Assembly (NCBI GenBank): GCA_009914755.4 | Contig: CP068257.2 | Location: 20,768,001-20,832,000 of the forward strand | DNA length: 64,000 nt | Direction: 5' to 3' | Source of the DNA: the human T2T-CHM13v2.0 reference genome, Homo sapiens | Shown: piece by piece, positions 12,991 through 32,750 of the stretch | Numbering within the stretch: the stretch's first letter is position 1 | Layout: every line of letters starts with the position of its first letter | The notes under the pieces: model-generated | Database searches by the model: none | What the model was told of the DNA's origin: nothing | Seen by the model: the letters and a program-made list of their open reading frames with translations, nothing else | Translations under genes and position numbers: made by a program

Positions 12991-13845
12991 GGACGATCAA
13001 AAAGTTCAAAGGATTTGAGAAATAAAGCACTGGGGCAGATTGTAACTGTAACTGTGGTCGGCTAATTGGCCCTTATGTTTTTTTTTTTTTTTTTAAGGTG
13101 TTAGGTCTTCTATTAATTCATTTATGTAGGAGAAAGAAATCATAATTTAAAAATTGGTAATTTAGGATTTAAGATTATAAAAATAGGTAACATTTTCAAT
13201 TTGTGTTTTAATAGCCTTGGTTAGAATTTAAAATAAAGAGGCATGGAAAATATAAATTATTCTACTAAAACAATAAAATCAAACAAAAATGCTTTAGAAA
13301 ATACAATTTCATGGCAAGGCGCTATGTTCGGGTATCCATAGGAAAAGGGAAAACAATACTTGTTATGGAACTTAAAATTCAGATGGATAAATATGGAAAT
13401 ATGTTTCAGGCAAGGAGTGATTAAATAAAGGTAAAATTTTGTCTCAGTTGCTGTCAGATTGGAATCATTAATTGGTCAATAAGGCTGTGATTATATGGAC
13501 AATGGTTTAATTTTATCTTTTACTGAATGGTTATTGAAAGAGATTTTAGTGATTTTACTGACAACTATTTCCTAAAATAATCAGCGAAAAATACTTTTGA
13601 CTTTTCTGGCTTTTTTTAAAACATACTTTAAACCAATTCTGAACTGCATGGTTTTTCAAATTCAGAACATATCCCACTGATAGGCATTCATGACCAAGTC
13701 ATGGCTGATAGGCATAGGACAGTTTAATTAAAACTGTTGTCTATCAGACTCAAACAGTAGCTATCAGCATGGGCATATATAAATATACATGACCACATAT
13801 ACTATAGTATATGTACAATGCACAATATGTTCAATCACTCATGAG

Positions 13846-14189
13846 CAGCAGTCCTCAACTTGTTTGGCGCCAGGGACCAGTTTCATAGAAGATAATTTTT
13901 CCATGGATAGGGAGTGTGGAGGAGGGGATGGTTTCAGGATGAAACTGTCCCACCTCAGATCATCAGGCATTACCGGCATTAGATACTCATAAGGAGTGCG
14001 CAACCTAGATCCTTCGCATGTGCAGTTCACAGTAGGGTTTGTGCTCCTATGAGTATCTAATGCCAGGGCTACAGGAGGCGGAGCTCAGGCAGAAATGCGC
14101 AACGGCCACTCCCCTCCTGCTGTGCGGCTAGGTTACTAACAAGCCAAAAACCAGTAATGGTTCATGGCCCAAGTGTTGGGGACCCCTAG
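13846..14189. mobile_element. Non-autonomous DNA transposon (MITE-like), probable hAT-type, with terminal inverted repeats cagcagtcctcaac...gttggggacccctag
   Basis: The termini are near-perfect reverse complements, and the internal motifs ggcgccagggaccagtttcatagaagataatttttccatggatagggag...cacctcagatcatcaggcatta match a common human DNA-transposon consensus. Flanked by a possible 7-8 bp TSD tcatgag. A second copy is at 52326-52701. Confidence 0.6.
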
Positions 14190-15677
14190 TCATGAGATCA
14201 TCAAAATTGTAGTATATGGAATTTCTCAGCATGACTATATTAGCAAGGAAGGAATCCCGTGATTACAATAGTTGGCATTTGTAAATGGGTAGCAAATAAT
14301 GTTAACTATCACAATTAATTTTAAGTATTCTAATTGCTATTATTTTTAAATTTGGAACGGAATACAGCCTGACCAAACAAATTAATTAAGATTGCCACCA
14401 CAAAATATGTTTCATGTTTGTGTTAAAATATGTCATTAAAACAACTAGGATTTTCATGCTTATTGAGCTGATAAATGCCATCACTGGCTCATTTTTTCCC
14501 TATGGCGTATTTTTATTGCTGCTATCCTGACACTGATAATAACTTGCATTATTATAATCACAAGCTTTTTTCCCTCATCTCTATTGTGCCAAACTTTCTA
14601 TTCTTTACAAGGCAACCACCAAGAAAATGCTGAAGAATAGTCTAGTTATAATGGCAACTTGAGTCTTGCTTTACAGAATTTTTACTCTACAGAAATCGAT
14701 AAAGGTAACAGAGCTTTTGGGTTCTAATACAGTTTCAAATCTCTGAATACTATTATTTTGACCTCAAAAATAACTCTTGGAACACTACTGAAAAAAAAAG
14801 GCTGCTTAGAATGATGATGTTTGTGACAAGAAAATAGATACAAGCTTGAAACATGTTACTGAGCTGCCTATCACAAAGGCATACACTTGTAAAGGTGTAA
14901 TCCAGCTTATGAAACTGCCAAGATTAAACTTTTCAAAATAAGTCTGTTGTTATATTTTATCATCTGTAATGGATATAATAATTTGGTGAGCTTGTTAAAA
15001 CTAATCTTTCTAAAAATAACCTACAAGTTTAAGACAGGGATATAGATATTGATTATATCTCAAAATTTATTAAATGACAATTTTGTCAATGTATGCTTGT
15101 CTGATATTATTCTAGTGCTGGATACAATTACATAAAGCCTTATCTATGTTTCAAAAATTTTATTGAATAATACATGAATGTCAGTTAATGTGAAACTTAC
15201 CACAATAATTGATGTAGTTATTATTAATCTTACTTTTACAGATAAAGAAACTAGAGCCCAAACAATAAGTGATTTGCTAATAACAAAATTTATTAAGTGG
15301 TAGAACTGGAATTTAAAATTGTCTCTTGAAGTATACAGTATTTTATTGCCTTTTTGATCTAAAATATTATCCAAGCTATATTTATTTAGTGATGTTTAAG
15401 CAGTACTTTCTTAGGCTCTCCCAATAAGCTAAAAAACAAAACATAATTTTTTTTCCTCCTACAACTGATGTTGGATTGGGAACTAATAACTGGCAAATAA
15501 AAAAATAAACAAGATGCTATATTAGATTAAAAGTTTTCTATAAATGAGAATATGAGGAACATTTTTCACATAGTGGATTTTGAGCTGATTCTTGAATGAT
15601 AGGATAGAAATTAATAGACGTTGAGTTACAGAAGACAACATATATGCAATTGGATTCCCAATAAGAAACAAAATAAA

Positions 15678-15977
15678 GGGCCAAGTGTGGTGGCTCACGC
15701 CTGTAAACCCAGCACTTGGGGAGGCCTCGGCGGGCAGATCACGAGGTCAGGAGATCGAGACCAGCCTGGTCAACATGGCGAAACCCTGTCTCTACTAAAA
15801 TATAAAAAATTAGCCAAACGTGATGGTACGCGCCTGTAGTCCCAGCTACTCAGGAGGCTGAGGCAGGGGAATCGCTTGAACCTGGGAGGCAGAGGTTGCA
15901 GAGAGCTGAGGTCCTGCAACTGCACTCCAGCCTGGCGACAGAGCGAGACTCCGTCCCAAAAAAAAAAAAAAAAAAGA
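15678..15977 (+). mobile_element. Alu SINE, full length, with a clear 14-bp TSD
   Basis: gggccaagtgtggtggctcacgcctgtaaacccagcac...ctccagcctggcgacagagcgagactccgtcccaaaaaaaaaaaaaaaa. The TSD aaacaaaataaagg lies immediately before the element and after the poly(A). Confidence 0.95.
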
Positions 15978-16129
15978 AAGAAACAAAATAAAGGATGTGA
16001 TGAAAGTAATATATTAAGTGATAATAGCTTAATAGCTTAAGTTTTGAAAAATTCATGAAAAATACCAACCTATAAAATTAAGAAATCCAATGATCTCCAT
16101 TAAATATTTAAAAAAATGAACTTATAGAT

Positions 16130-16400
16130 TATTTTCATAGCAAACACATAAAATATACAATCTTAGAGAAATATTATATGTGTATATTATATATATTTAT
16201 ATATAAATATGTAAAACATATATTTATATATATATGTAAAACTATATATATAAATATGTAAAACATATATATATAAATATGTAAAACATATTTATATATA
16301 AATATGTAAAACATATTTATATATTTTATAAATGTATGTGTTCACATTATATTTATATAAATTATATATAGGTATATTTATCTATACCTATATATAATTT
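16130..16400. repeat. AT-rich minisatellite (unit about 24-28 bp, taaatatgtaaaacatat(at)ttatata, about 5-6 units)
   Basis: Read directly: ...ataaatatgtaaaacatatatttatatatatatgtaaaactatatatataaatatgtaaaacatatatatataaatatgtaaaacatatttatatataaatatgtaaaacatatttatatatt. Confidence 0.75.
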
Positions 16401-16767
16401 ATGTATACATAAATCAGTATGACGATGTAAATAATAAGACTACCATGGGACTTAAATTGTATATTTAATCAAAATATAGAACATAATAGGTTATTTGCAA
16501 GGATGAGGATAATGGAGATAAAGTGTCCCAAGTTTAGTGTAGGGCTTAGAAATATAATAAAAATACCAATTACTATACAGCTCCATCAACCCTAGCACAT
16601 TTAGGAATGATGGACTTTCTCACAAATTAATATTGTAATACCACATACAACGATATTTAACATTCTAAATTTTCATTTTCCAATTAACATAACTTCACAG
16701 ATTTAAAGCAAAGCTACATGGAGAAACAGATGGAACATCAGCAGATCAATATTCTTTTTAAAAATAC

Positions 16768-19100
<2,333 letters not shown>

Positions 19101-19886
19101 AAGCAAAATGATAATTGAAAATAATCATGTACTGTTTAACTGAGGACAAACACAGTTTTGAATTCTTTTTAACTTCGTGATTTATAGGTTTATTAATCCA
19201 TTAATTGTTCTCTAATTAATTAAATATTTATCAAACACCTAATAGTATGTTTAAGGTAAATTTGTTCCAAAAAGCCCTTAACAGGCAACCAGTCTAATAG
19301 GCTAGAGAGAAAAGCCAATGTTTACAAAATAATGCATACTTTAATTAAATAATTCATTCGTTCATACCAAAAATATTTTTTGAATTACTACAAAATGCAT
19401 CACATGTATGTAGTTGGAAAGCAATGGATTTTATAAAGTGGGGGCAAACAGAGAAAATACTAAATGCAGTGAGAATATAGGAAGAGGAATCAATTAGAAG
19501 TTCAAGGATGCCTAACGGCTTTCATGGGGCCTCAAGCTAATTTGATTGAGAGGGGGCTATTTAAGATAAAATGCCAAGTTGCCTCTATACATAAATAGTT
19601 ATTTCAAGTAGGGAAAAGAAAAATTAAAAAATTTTAAATGTTGACGCATACTGCATATATTATGAAATTTTTAAAAGTGATACACTCTTTATATGAATCA
19701 ACTTACCAGATACTACTCTGTAGTATTGTTTTCCTTTCATCTAGCTGTTTTCTTTGAATAACTCATGTGACATTTCTCTACAGAGAAAAGTGAAAGATAT
19801 TTTTGTCTTTTAATTATTACAATCAACATTTGTTTTGGTTTGTTTTTATTTTATTCTATTTACTTATTTTTTTAAGTTTTTTTGCC

Positions 19887-20171
19887 TTTTTTTTTTTTTT
19901 TTTTTGAGATGGAGTCTCATTCTGTCAATGGGCTGGAGTGTAGTGGCGTGATCTTGGCTCACTGCAATCTCTGCCTCCAAGTTCGAGTGGTTCCCCTGTG
20001 TCAGCCTCCCTAGTAGCTGCGCACCACCATGCCTGGCTAATTTTTTGTATTTTAGTAGGGATGGGGTTTCACCATGTTGGCCAGGATGGTCTTGATCTCC
20101 TGACCTCGTGATCTGCCCGCCTCGGCCTCCCAAAGTGCTGGGATTATAGGCATGAGCCAACACACTTGGCC
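19887..20171 (-). mobile_element. Alu SINE, antisense, full length, with TSD
   Basis: Poly(T) then gagatggagtctcattctgtcaatgggctggagtgtagtggcgtgatcttggctcactgcaa...cccaaagtgctgggattataggcatgagccaacacacttggcc. TSD ttttttaagtttt / ttttttcaagtttt. Confidence 0.95.
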
Positions 20172-21195
<1,024 letters not shown>

Positions 21196-22237
21196 AATAA
21201 TTATGATGTTATTTAACCTTTATAATTGCCTTATGTTAAATATTATTCTAATATCATTTATATTTTTGTATCTGCAAAAAAAGTATGACATGAAAGGTTA
21301 ATTAACCTGCCCCTAACAATCCGTAAGTGGTAGAGTCCGAATTTTAATTCAGGCATTTGCTTCAGTATCTGCACTCTTAAACACTGCACTGAACTCTCAT
21401 CACTACAAGGTACTGTATTAAAGTTATAAGAACATAAATCATGATCCCACCGGAGCTTATTGTTCACCATCTTATCGGCTGCTAAATCCCACAGGGGTTT
21501 CTTTGGAGATTTGTCTTCTGCTGAATGGAGCTGCCTCTCCAGTGGGTCCAATCGCATCTGTAGCCCTCAGCCTGATGTAGGGTTATAAAAGGCTGGCCCA
21601 GGACCTCAACAGGGATAACCTCCAAGTAAGGTTTATGCTCCATAGTAGCCCCTCTGTCGATACAGCCAAGGCTAGGTTTTACCTGAGACCAGATCCCTGC
21701 TCAGCTGTCTCCCACTTCCCAATTTTTCTTCACATTCTCTCTTATATTCTGAGGAGCGCACCTCCAACAAATCGTATGCACTTGAATCCTTCACTTAGAC
21801 TCTGCTTTTATGGAACCTGATCTAAAACACTTTTCATTCTTATTGCACATCTTTAAAATGCAAAAACTGCCTAGAAAGTTGACATTTGTAAAAATAAATG
21901 AAGTCAACTGCAGATATTTTCATATGTATACATTTCTGTATTTAATAATTTCTATATTTCCTTCTTACAATCAGCAAATAGATTGTGAAAAACAGAAAAT
22001 AAAGTCTCTTTTCTGATCATGTGGGGTTTTCTTCTACTACCTATTGTTTATTGAATCTTCTTAACCATTTTATATCTACTCCTTTAATCATCAGAACCTA
22101 ATATTTTAATAATCCTTAGAATTAATTATTAAATATCATTATTATAATTTAGACAAGAGAGTTGGAAGAAATATATTAATTAACTTATTATCTGTGTGAC
22201 AGTGGGCAAGTGGTGGATAGGGAAGTCCAAGATTATG

Positions 22238-22395
22238 TTAGCTGGGCATGGTGGTGTGCACCTTTATTCCCAGCTACTCAGGAGGGAGAGGTGGGAGGAT
22301 CGCTTGAGCCTAGAAGGAGGAGGTTGCAGTGAGCCAAGATCACACCACTGCACTCCAGCTTGGATGACACAGCGAGATCCTATCTTTAAAAAGAA
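22238..22395 (+). mobile_element. Alu right-monomer fragment (FRAM-like or 5'-truncated Alu)
   Basis: ttagctgggcatggtggtgtgcacctttattcccagctactcaggagggagaggtgggaggatcgcttgagcctagaaggaggaggttgcagtgagccaagatcacaccactgcactccagcttggatgacacagcgagatcctatctttaaaaag. Confidence 0.7.
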
Positions 22396-23129
22396 GAAAG
22401 TCAAAGATCATGTTTTAAATGTAATATATTGGCCCTGATCAACAAATTAATCACTTTGCTTTGTTCCTCCTTGGAAAGAAAATCTATAAAGAAGGTATCA
22501 ATTAGACAAGTTCCTTAAAGGATATTAAACCACTCCATCAAATTACAAATTCTCAGGAATAATCAGTTCCTCATAGAACTAGCTAATCAACTTTATTGAC
22601 TATTGAACTGAATTGACCAATTTAAATAGTTGATTTGGCTTCACATAAGTATATCTTTGAAGAGCAATAATAAAGCCCAGGTTTAATGGGAGAGGTGTCA
22701 AACTATATTAGGGCCAGATTTGGAAACTGACATATACACAGAGGTACATATACACATGATTTTCAAATTGACATTTTTGCCTTATTCTCCTGCTTAATAT
22801 TTCAATATTAATAATTAAAAAATGCATATTTAATGTAAGACTTTTACATTTTTGCATGCCTACAAGGTTGTTTTATAAAAATAACTGGCTGAATGAAAAA
22901 CCTTATGTCTGAGACCATTGATTTGGGCAATGGATAAGAAGACCTTGAGGACTTAGTGACAGGTAGTAAGTCTGACTTAGCAAAGAAAAGTAAAATATAA
23001 GGACTTCTAAAAACATAAAAAGCTTTATTAAATACTGTTGCCTAAAGAAAAACAAAGGGCTTTTGAAGAATTAAAGTTGGTTTTATTCAGAAGTCCTACT
23101 GAGGACTATAGACTGAGGCCTGCAGCCTG

Positions 23130-23765
23130 GAAATGTTACCGGAAAGGGGTCTCAATTCATACCCCAAGAGAGGGTTTGTGGATCTTACAAAAGGAAGAAT
23201 TCAGGGCGAATCCATAGAGTAAAGTGACAGATAGTTTATTAAGAAAGTAGAGGAATAAAATAATGGCTACTCCATAGACAGAGCAGCCCCGAGAGCTGCT
23301 GGTTGCCCATTTTTATGGTTATTTCTTGATTATATGCCAAGCAAGGGGTGGATTATTCATGCCTTCTTTTTTCAGACCATATAGGGTAACTTCCTGATGT
23401 GGCCATGGCATTTGTAAACTGTCATGGCGCTGGTGGGAGTGTAATAGTGAGGGCCACCAGAGGACACTCTCATCGCCATCTTGGTTTTGGTGGGTTTAGG
23501 CCAGCTTCTTTACTGCAACCTGTTGTCTTAGCAGGATCTTTATGACCTGTATCTGGTGCGGACCTCCTATCTTATTCTGTGACTTAGAATGCCTTAATCA
23601 TTTGAGAATGCAGCTCAGTAGGTCTCAGTCTCATTTTACCCAGCCCCTATTCAAGATGGAGTTGCTTTGGTTCAAATGCCTCTGACAGAACCAGCCCATT
23701 AGAGAGGTTCTTTTGGACTGCTCCTAGGCTGTAGGCCTCAGGAATAATTCTCAGGAAGACTTCCA
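23130..23765. mobile_element. LTR-like repeat (probably ERV1-type solo LTR, family not assigned) abutting the poly(A) end of the MAPK6 retrocopy
   Basis: Recognised only as an ERV LTR-like consensus: tgtaaactgtcatggcgctggtgggagtgtaatagtgagggccaccagaggacactctcatcgccatcttggttttggtgggttt...tcattttacccagcccctattcaagatggagttgctttggttcaaatgcctctgaca. Family call uncertain. Confidence 0.35.
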
Positions 23766-23771
23766 GATAAA

Positions 23772-27290
<3,519 letters not shown>

Positions 27291-28206
27291 TGAGAATTTA
27301 AGAGATTGCAGTACTCATAGTTCAAGAAAGGGGCAGCAGCTCTGCAGACATTTAAATAAAACACTCAAGAAGCTCAAATGGAATGAAATTATGTACTATG
27401 CACCCAGATTTACTGTGATAAATGATTTAACATTTAACAAAAATATGAATAAATATGCACACAACGCAACAGGCTTCTGTGAACATTCTCCTCACAGTGC
27501 AGACACATTCAGTGTTGGACTGGCCCTGAGCAGCATTGTTCTAAGGTGCTGGTAAGCACTGTTTCCATTTTGTTTCTTTTCTTCCTTTGTTGCTATATAT
27601 TTCACCAGAAAGCCCTGGCGGCTGTTGGTTAACAGATGTCTTTTGTTAGTGATCAGGTGGCTCCGGCTCACCACAATCACAACCAAAGCTACTGTCCGTC
27701 TTACTCTGATCCAACGGGACTTCCACTCATCGAGAGGGTGTGGGCCCATGGACAGCCCCCAGCGTGGGCTCACGTCTCCAGCTGTACTGGCAGCAGCAGC
27801 TGCTTTGCCACAGTTGCTGCCATGCCAAACTCTATTTCCCTAAAAGTTTGACGTTTTCTTCAGTTGGCAATATTTATTTGAAAAGGAAGTGAAAGTGAAG
27901 TATTAAAATACAGTGAGAGATGTAATTCTCAAATGCCTCCCATGAACCAGCAGTATCAGCGTTACCCGGGAACTCAGTAATTTAAATGTTTGTGCCCCAT
28001 TCCAGACCTTTAAAACATGAATCTGAGGACAAGGCCCTGAAATTTGCTATAACGAGCCTTTCAAATGATTCCGATTTGCTTAAAGGTTTGAAAATCACGG
28101 ACATACGGAGTAAAATGGAGATGTTTATGAATAGGGCTCATGTAACTTAGCAAATTTTGCCGGTTAGAAAGGCTCTTTGCTGTTTATCTAGTTGTTTCAT
28201 TGTTTT

Positions 28207-28567
<361 letters not shown>

Positions 28568-28671
28568 TGAAAATACAATGTTTTCAGGTCCTTATTCTGA
28601 AATTAATGGAATATAAAATTATCAGAAGGTAGATACTGAATAACTATAGATGTATATTTTAAATTAGCCTG

Positions 28672-28830
28672 CCAACGCGCCCAGCTAATTTTTAATTTTT
28701 TTTAATTTTTAGTAGAGATGGGGTTTCCCCATGTTGGCTAGGCTTGTCTTGAGCTCCTAACCTCAGGTAATCCCCCTGCCTTGTCCTCCCAAAGTGCTGA
28801 GATTACAGGTGTGAGCCACTGCGCCCAGCC
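28672..28830 (-). mobile_element. Partial Alu (left monomer plus linker), antisense
   Basis: gccaacgcgcccagctaatttttaattttttttaatttttagtagagatggggtttccccatgttggctaggcttgtcttgagctcctaacctcaggtaatccccctgccttgtcctcccaaagtgctgagattacaggtgtgagccactgcgcccagcc. Confidence 0.75.
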
Positions 28831-29032
28831 TGTTTATTTTAATTTAAGGATTATCTTAATATACAGGTCATGAAGGTTTAGAGATACTTGATTTTGCTAA
28901 GCAATTCAAAAAGAAATGATGCAGAAATCAAAAGGACACTATTAATTTCCTAAAATAGATTAATATTTAAATAAAGTCTTTGCTATGAAAACAGAAAACA
29001 CTCCAGGTATTTAAATTACAGTGAAATTTAAG

Positions 29033-29190
29033 CCAGAAGCAGTGGTGTATGCCTGTAGTCCCAGCCACTCAGGAGGCTGAAGCAAGAGGGTTGTTTGAGC
29101 TCAGGAACTAGAAACCAGCCTAGACAAAACAGCAAGACCCTGTTTTAAAAAAACAAACAAACAAAAAAAAAAAAAAAAAAAAAAAAAACA
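29033..29190 (+). mobile_element. Free Alu-monomer-like element (FLAM/FRAM-like) with a long A-rich tail
   Basis: gccagaagcagtggtgtatgcctgtagtcccagccactcaggaggctgaagcaagagggttgtttgagctcaggaactagaaaccagcctagacaaaacagcaagaccctgttttaaaaaaacaaacaaacaaaaaaaa... Confidence 0.6.
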
Positions 29191-29219
29191 AAACTGTGGG
29201 ACAGAGTCCAAGGTGTGAG

Positions 29220-29452
29220 GATTAATAGAGCCCAGGAGTTTGAGAACAGCCTGGTCAACATAAAGACATACCAATTCTACAAAAAAAAAAAAAAAAATCA
29301 GTTATAATTAACAAATTAGCTGGGTGTGGTGCCATGTACCTATAGGCCCAGCTACTCAGGAGGCTGAGGCAGGAGGATTGCTTGAGCCCTGGAGATTGAG
29401 GCTGCACTGAGCTGTGGTTGCACCACTGCACTCCAGCCTGGTTGACAGAATA
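29220..29452 (+). mobile_element. 5'-truncated Alu
   Basis: gaggattaatagagcccaggagtttgagaacagcctggtcaacataaagacatacc...aaattagctgggtgtggtgccatgtacctataggcccagctactcaggaggctgaggcaggaggattgcttgagccctggag...gcaccactgcactccagcctggttgacagaataa. Confidence 0.8.
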
Positions 29453-31864
29453 ATTTAAAAATGGGATATATACAGGAAACTTGTTTTCTTTAAAAGTATT
29501 GGAAAAGGATAAGGAACAGCTATCAGGAGGAATCATGGGAGGAAATCTGGAAGTGTAGAAATCAGGGAAGTTATTTCCAGTGGTCCAGCTGCCTGCATCA
29601 TTAAGAAGAGCTGTACTCTAGGGAATTAGCCACTCAAACAGCATTTCTTCAATGTGTTCAGCACTTGCCATATCTGCAGGGGTAGGAAATGAATGATGTC
29701 TGCTTTCCTTCCAATTTCCAAACCTTTTATATGCTCCTCTGATTCTATCATCTATATTGGAATCCTACTGGCAAGGGAGTCCAGGAAATGTAGTTCCTAG
29801 ATGTCCAGTGCTTGACACACAGCAAGACATTAAAAGGGCAATAGCTGTTTTAATACAAAAAGAAAACATTCCACACAACCAGTCTACCTCTCTGGATGAT
29901 CAGCTTTGAAACACACCTTTCTATCTACATTAAAGTATAGAAACAATCATAATAAAATCATGTATATGTTCCAAGTATAATTGCATAAGTGAACAAAAGA
30001 TCATTCTTTTCCTTAAAAGGAAAGACACGAAAACCCATCAATTATTGGAGTCATATCTGGGTGCTCTAGAGAATGTTCTGGTTTGCCAACATACACCCGT
30101 TACCCCATAGGAGTCTCATTTCTTTATGATATTCAGGATCAATCACCACCATGGCCATACGGAACCACAGATAGCCAGATGAACAGGAAGATATCAGAAC
30201 AGGTAGGACAAAATATCAGCTTCTAGTTCAATCAAACCTTTGTTGTGTTCTCTTTTGGAAGCACTCCTATCTTGCAGACAACAAGACCTCTAAATAAGAA
30301 GAGGACAAAGATGGAAAAATAAAAAGTAAGAATAACTGAGAGTGCAAATAAAAGTAGTAGTGAGAGAGTATTCTGTTTGCATCTCTTGTTTCTCATATCT
30401 ATGTTCCGGCTTCAGTAAAACTACCAAAATACCAAGTCTGTGGCATATTCCTCATAGATTGGTAACCTAAATATGTAAGCTCTTATAACCTAGTTGTGAC
30501 ATGACTTAGATTTATTATTCTGTTACAACTCTTTCTATATATAGCAAAACCATTAGTTGCGGTAGGTGTTGCTCATTGCCTTTTTTGCTATAAAATGATT
30601 AACTTGTCAAAAGCAGTATTGTTTGAAGTAGCACAACAATTAGTAAGATATTCACTCAATCTACATTTGGGCAAAAGCATTGGAAGCAAGGAAAGTAACT
30701 AATATTAACATTAATTTTATTTTCTAACACAAAAAATAAAATATTGAAAAAGGTTCAATATTATCAACCTGCCACCATGTAGCCAGTTTGTTCTTTCATG
30801 GAGAGGGAGCATACTAGTGGTTCCGCTTTGGCTCCTACCCTTGGCAGATTGGGCACTCAGAAATAGTGACAGGTGTCATGAGAGGTCATGAATTAATGAA
30901 CAAGTATGGTATGGCTGAGAATAGAAGCTGACAATCATATAGAGAACTGGATAATTGGTTCTCTTGATTATCAAAACCCTCCCCTACAGTGGGTGAACTT
31001 TGATGAGCTTCCAAATAGAACACAAATCATGCTCAAAATATCCATCTTACTATCAGCATAAAACCATCACAAGTATTCATGTCAACAATCCATGACCATG
31101 CACTAAACTATTCCTTATTATCTAAAAATCAGTATATATCTTACTTGTGCTCATATTTTATGCAAAGAAAATTGAGCAACAAGCTTCACTTTTGACATGC
31201 CAAACATTGGGAGGATGTCCTTCCAGTTTTTTCACATAACCACATAGGTATGCCATTGTAATGCAGCATCATACCTCTTCAACTGATGCCACAACCTTCT
31301 AAAATCTACGAATAAGATTTTGTTTATTTTTTTGATTTTTCCTCAGACACATTTTATGAACTCTCCATGAGCCCATAAGAGGGGACTGATGGACAAATAT
31401 GAATATACCATAAGTAGGTACCCAGAAGTTGAAGTCGTTTTCAAGAGTTGTAAATGGCCTGAGATTTTAACCAACTTGCAAGCTAACAAATTTGGGTGCC
31501 AGAGTCTCATGGATATTGGTGACTAACATCCATTGGTCAGAGATGAAGAGAAGTTAATTACTCATGGAAATTACAGTTGCCAGAGTGTCAACATATTTTA
31601 CTAATTGCCCAAGCCCAGATGTTCCCAGGACAATGACAAGAGGATCAGATGACACCATCACCCACAATGAGTTCCATTGCAAGAAAGGAACCCTCAGCTC
31701 TGGGAACCCTGATATTTTATACTGGGCCTTAAACATGGCTTTCCTTTGTTCTTGAAAAATATATATTTATTATACGAGACAATAAACATACCTGTCCTTT
31801 GCTGTGGAGAGAGTAATTGAAGTACATATACATGACAAATAAATTGTATCTAGAATATATATTT

Positions 31865-32183
31865 TTATTTATTTGTTTATTTTTGTTTTGTTTTGTTTGA
31901 GACAGAGTCTCGCTCTATTGCCCAGGCTGGAGGGCAGTGGCACGATCTTGGCTCACTGCAAGCTCTGCCTCCCGGGTTCACGCCATTCTCCTGCCTCAGC
32001 CTCCTGAGTAGCTGGGACTACAGACAGCCACCACCACGCCCAGCTAAATTTCTTTTTGTGTTTTTAGTAGAAACGGGGTTTCACCGTGTTAGCCAGGATG
32101 GTCTTGATCTCCTGACCTCATGATCTGCTCACCTCAGCCTCCCAAAGTGCTGGGATTACAGGTGTGAGCCACCACACCTGGCC
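31865..32183 (-). mobile_element. Alu SINE (AluY-like), antisense, full length
   Basis: T-rich head, then gagacagagtctcgctctattgcccaggctggagggcagtggcacgatcttggctcactgcaagctctgcctcccgggttcacgccattctcctgcctcagcctcc...caaagtgctgggattacaggtgtgagccaccacacctggccc. The gttcacgccattctcc motif is AluY-diagnostic. Confidence 0.9.
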
Positions 32184-32705
32184 CAGAATATATATTTTTA
32201 AAAGCCCTTCTAACTCAATAGTATGTAGACTAATAACTCAAAACATAGGCAAATATTTTGAACAAACATTTCACTAAATATACAGAAACGTAACCACATA
32301 AAAGCATGTTTACTACTTTTAATAATCAGAAAATTACAAAGTACATCACAGTGAGTTTCTACTATGTACAATAGAACATATAATATTCAAAAGACTGAGA
32401 GTATTTATTTTTAACAAGGATATGGAACATATTTTTCTCACACATTGCTGGTGATCTTATAAAAACATACAATCACTTTGGGAAAACATCTGTGAGTTTC
32501 TTACAAAGACAAATATTGTTTTTAACATACAAATCACCAGTTTCATTCTCATATATGTATATCTTATGTATTCACTTCCCTCTGTTACAAGAATGTAAGC
32601 ACTGTAACAAATATTCAAATTCCAAATCATTGTTTTCTAATACTGACTGAACAATAGAATTATTTGTATATATTAAAAAATATTTATGCCCCCGTTGACA
32701 TACAC

Positions 32706-32750
32706 AGAGAGAGTGTGTAAGAGAGAGAGAGAGAGAAAGAGCAAGAAAGA
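32706..32750. repeat. Microsatellite (GA)n, interrupted
   Basis: cagagagagtgtgtaagagagagagagagagaaagagcaagaaaga. Confidence 0.7.

Noticed and set aside
21258-21557. 99-aa minus-strand ORF in apparently unique sequence
   Set aside because: No similarity to any protein family I know. It is isolated, with no splice or promoter context that I can see, and its length is within chance expectation for this amount of DNA.
27492-27851. Overlapping ORFs on both strands (93 aa minus, 72 and 71 aa plus) in a GC-richer segment
   Set aside because: No recognisable domain or motif. Overlapping frames on both strands of a GC-rich patch are expected by chance. Best explained as retained 5'UTR of the retrocopy (see findings).
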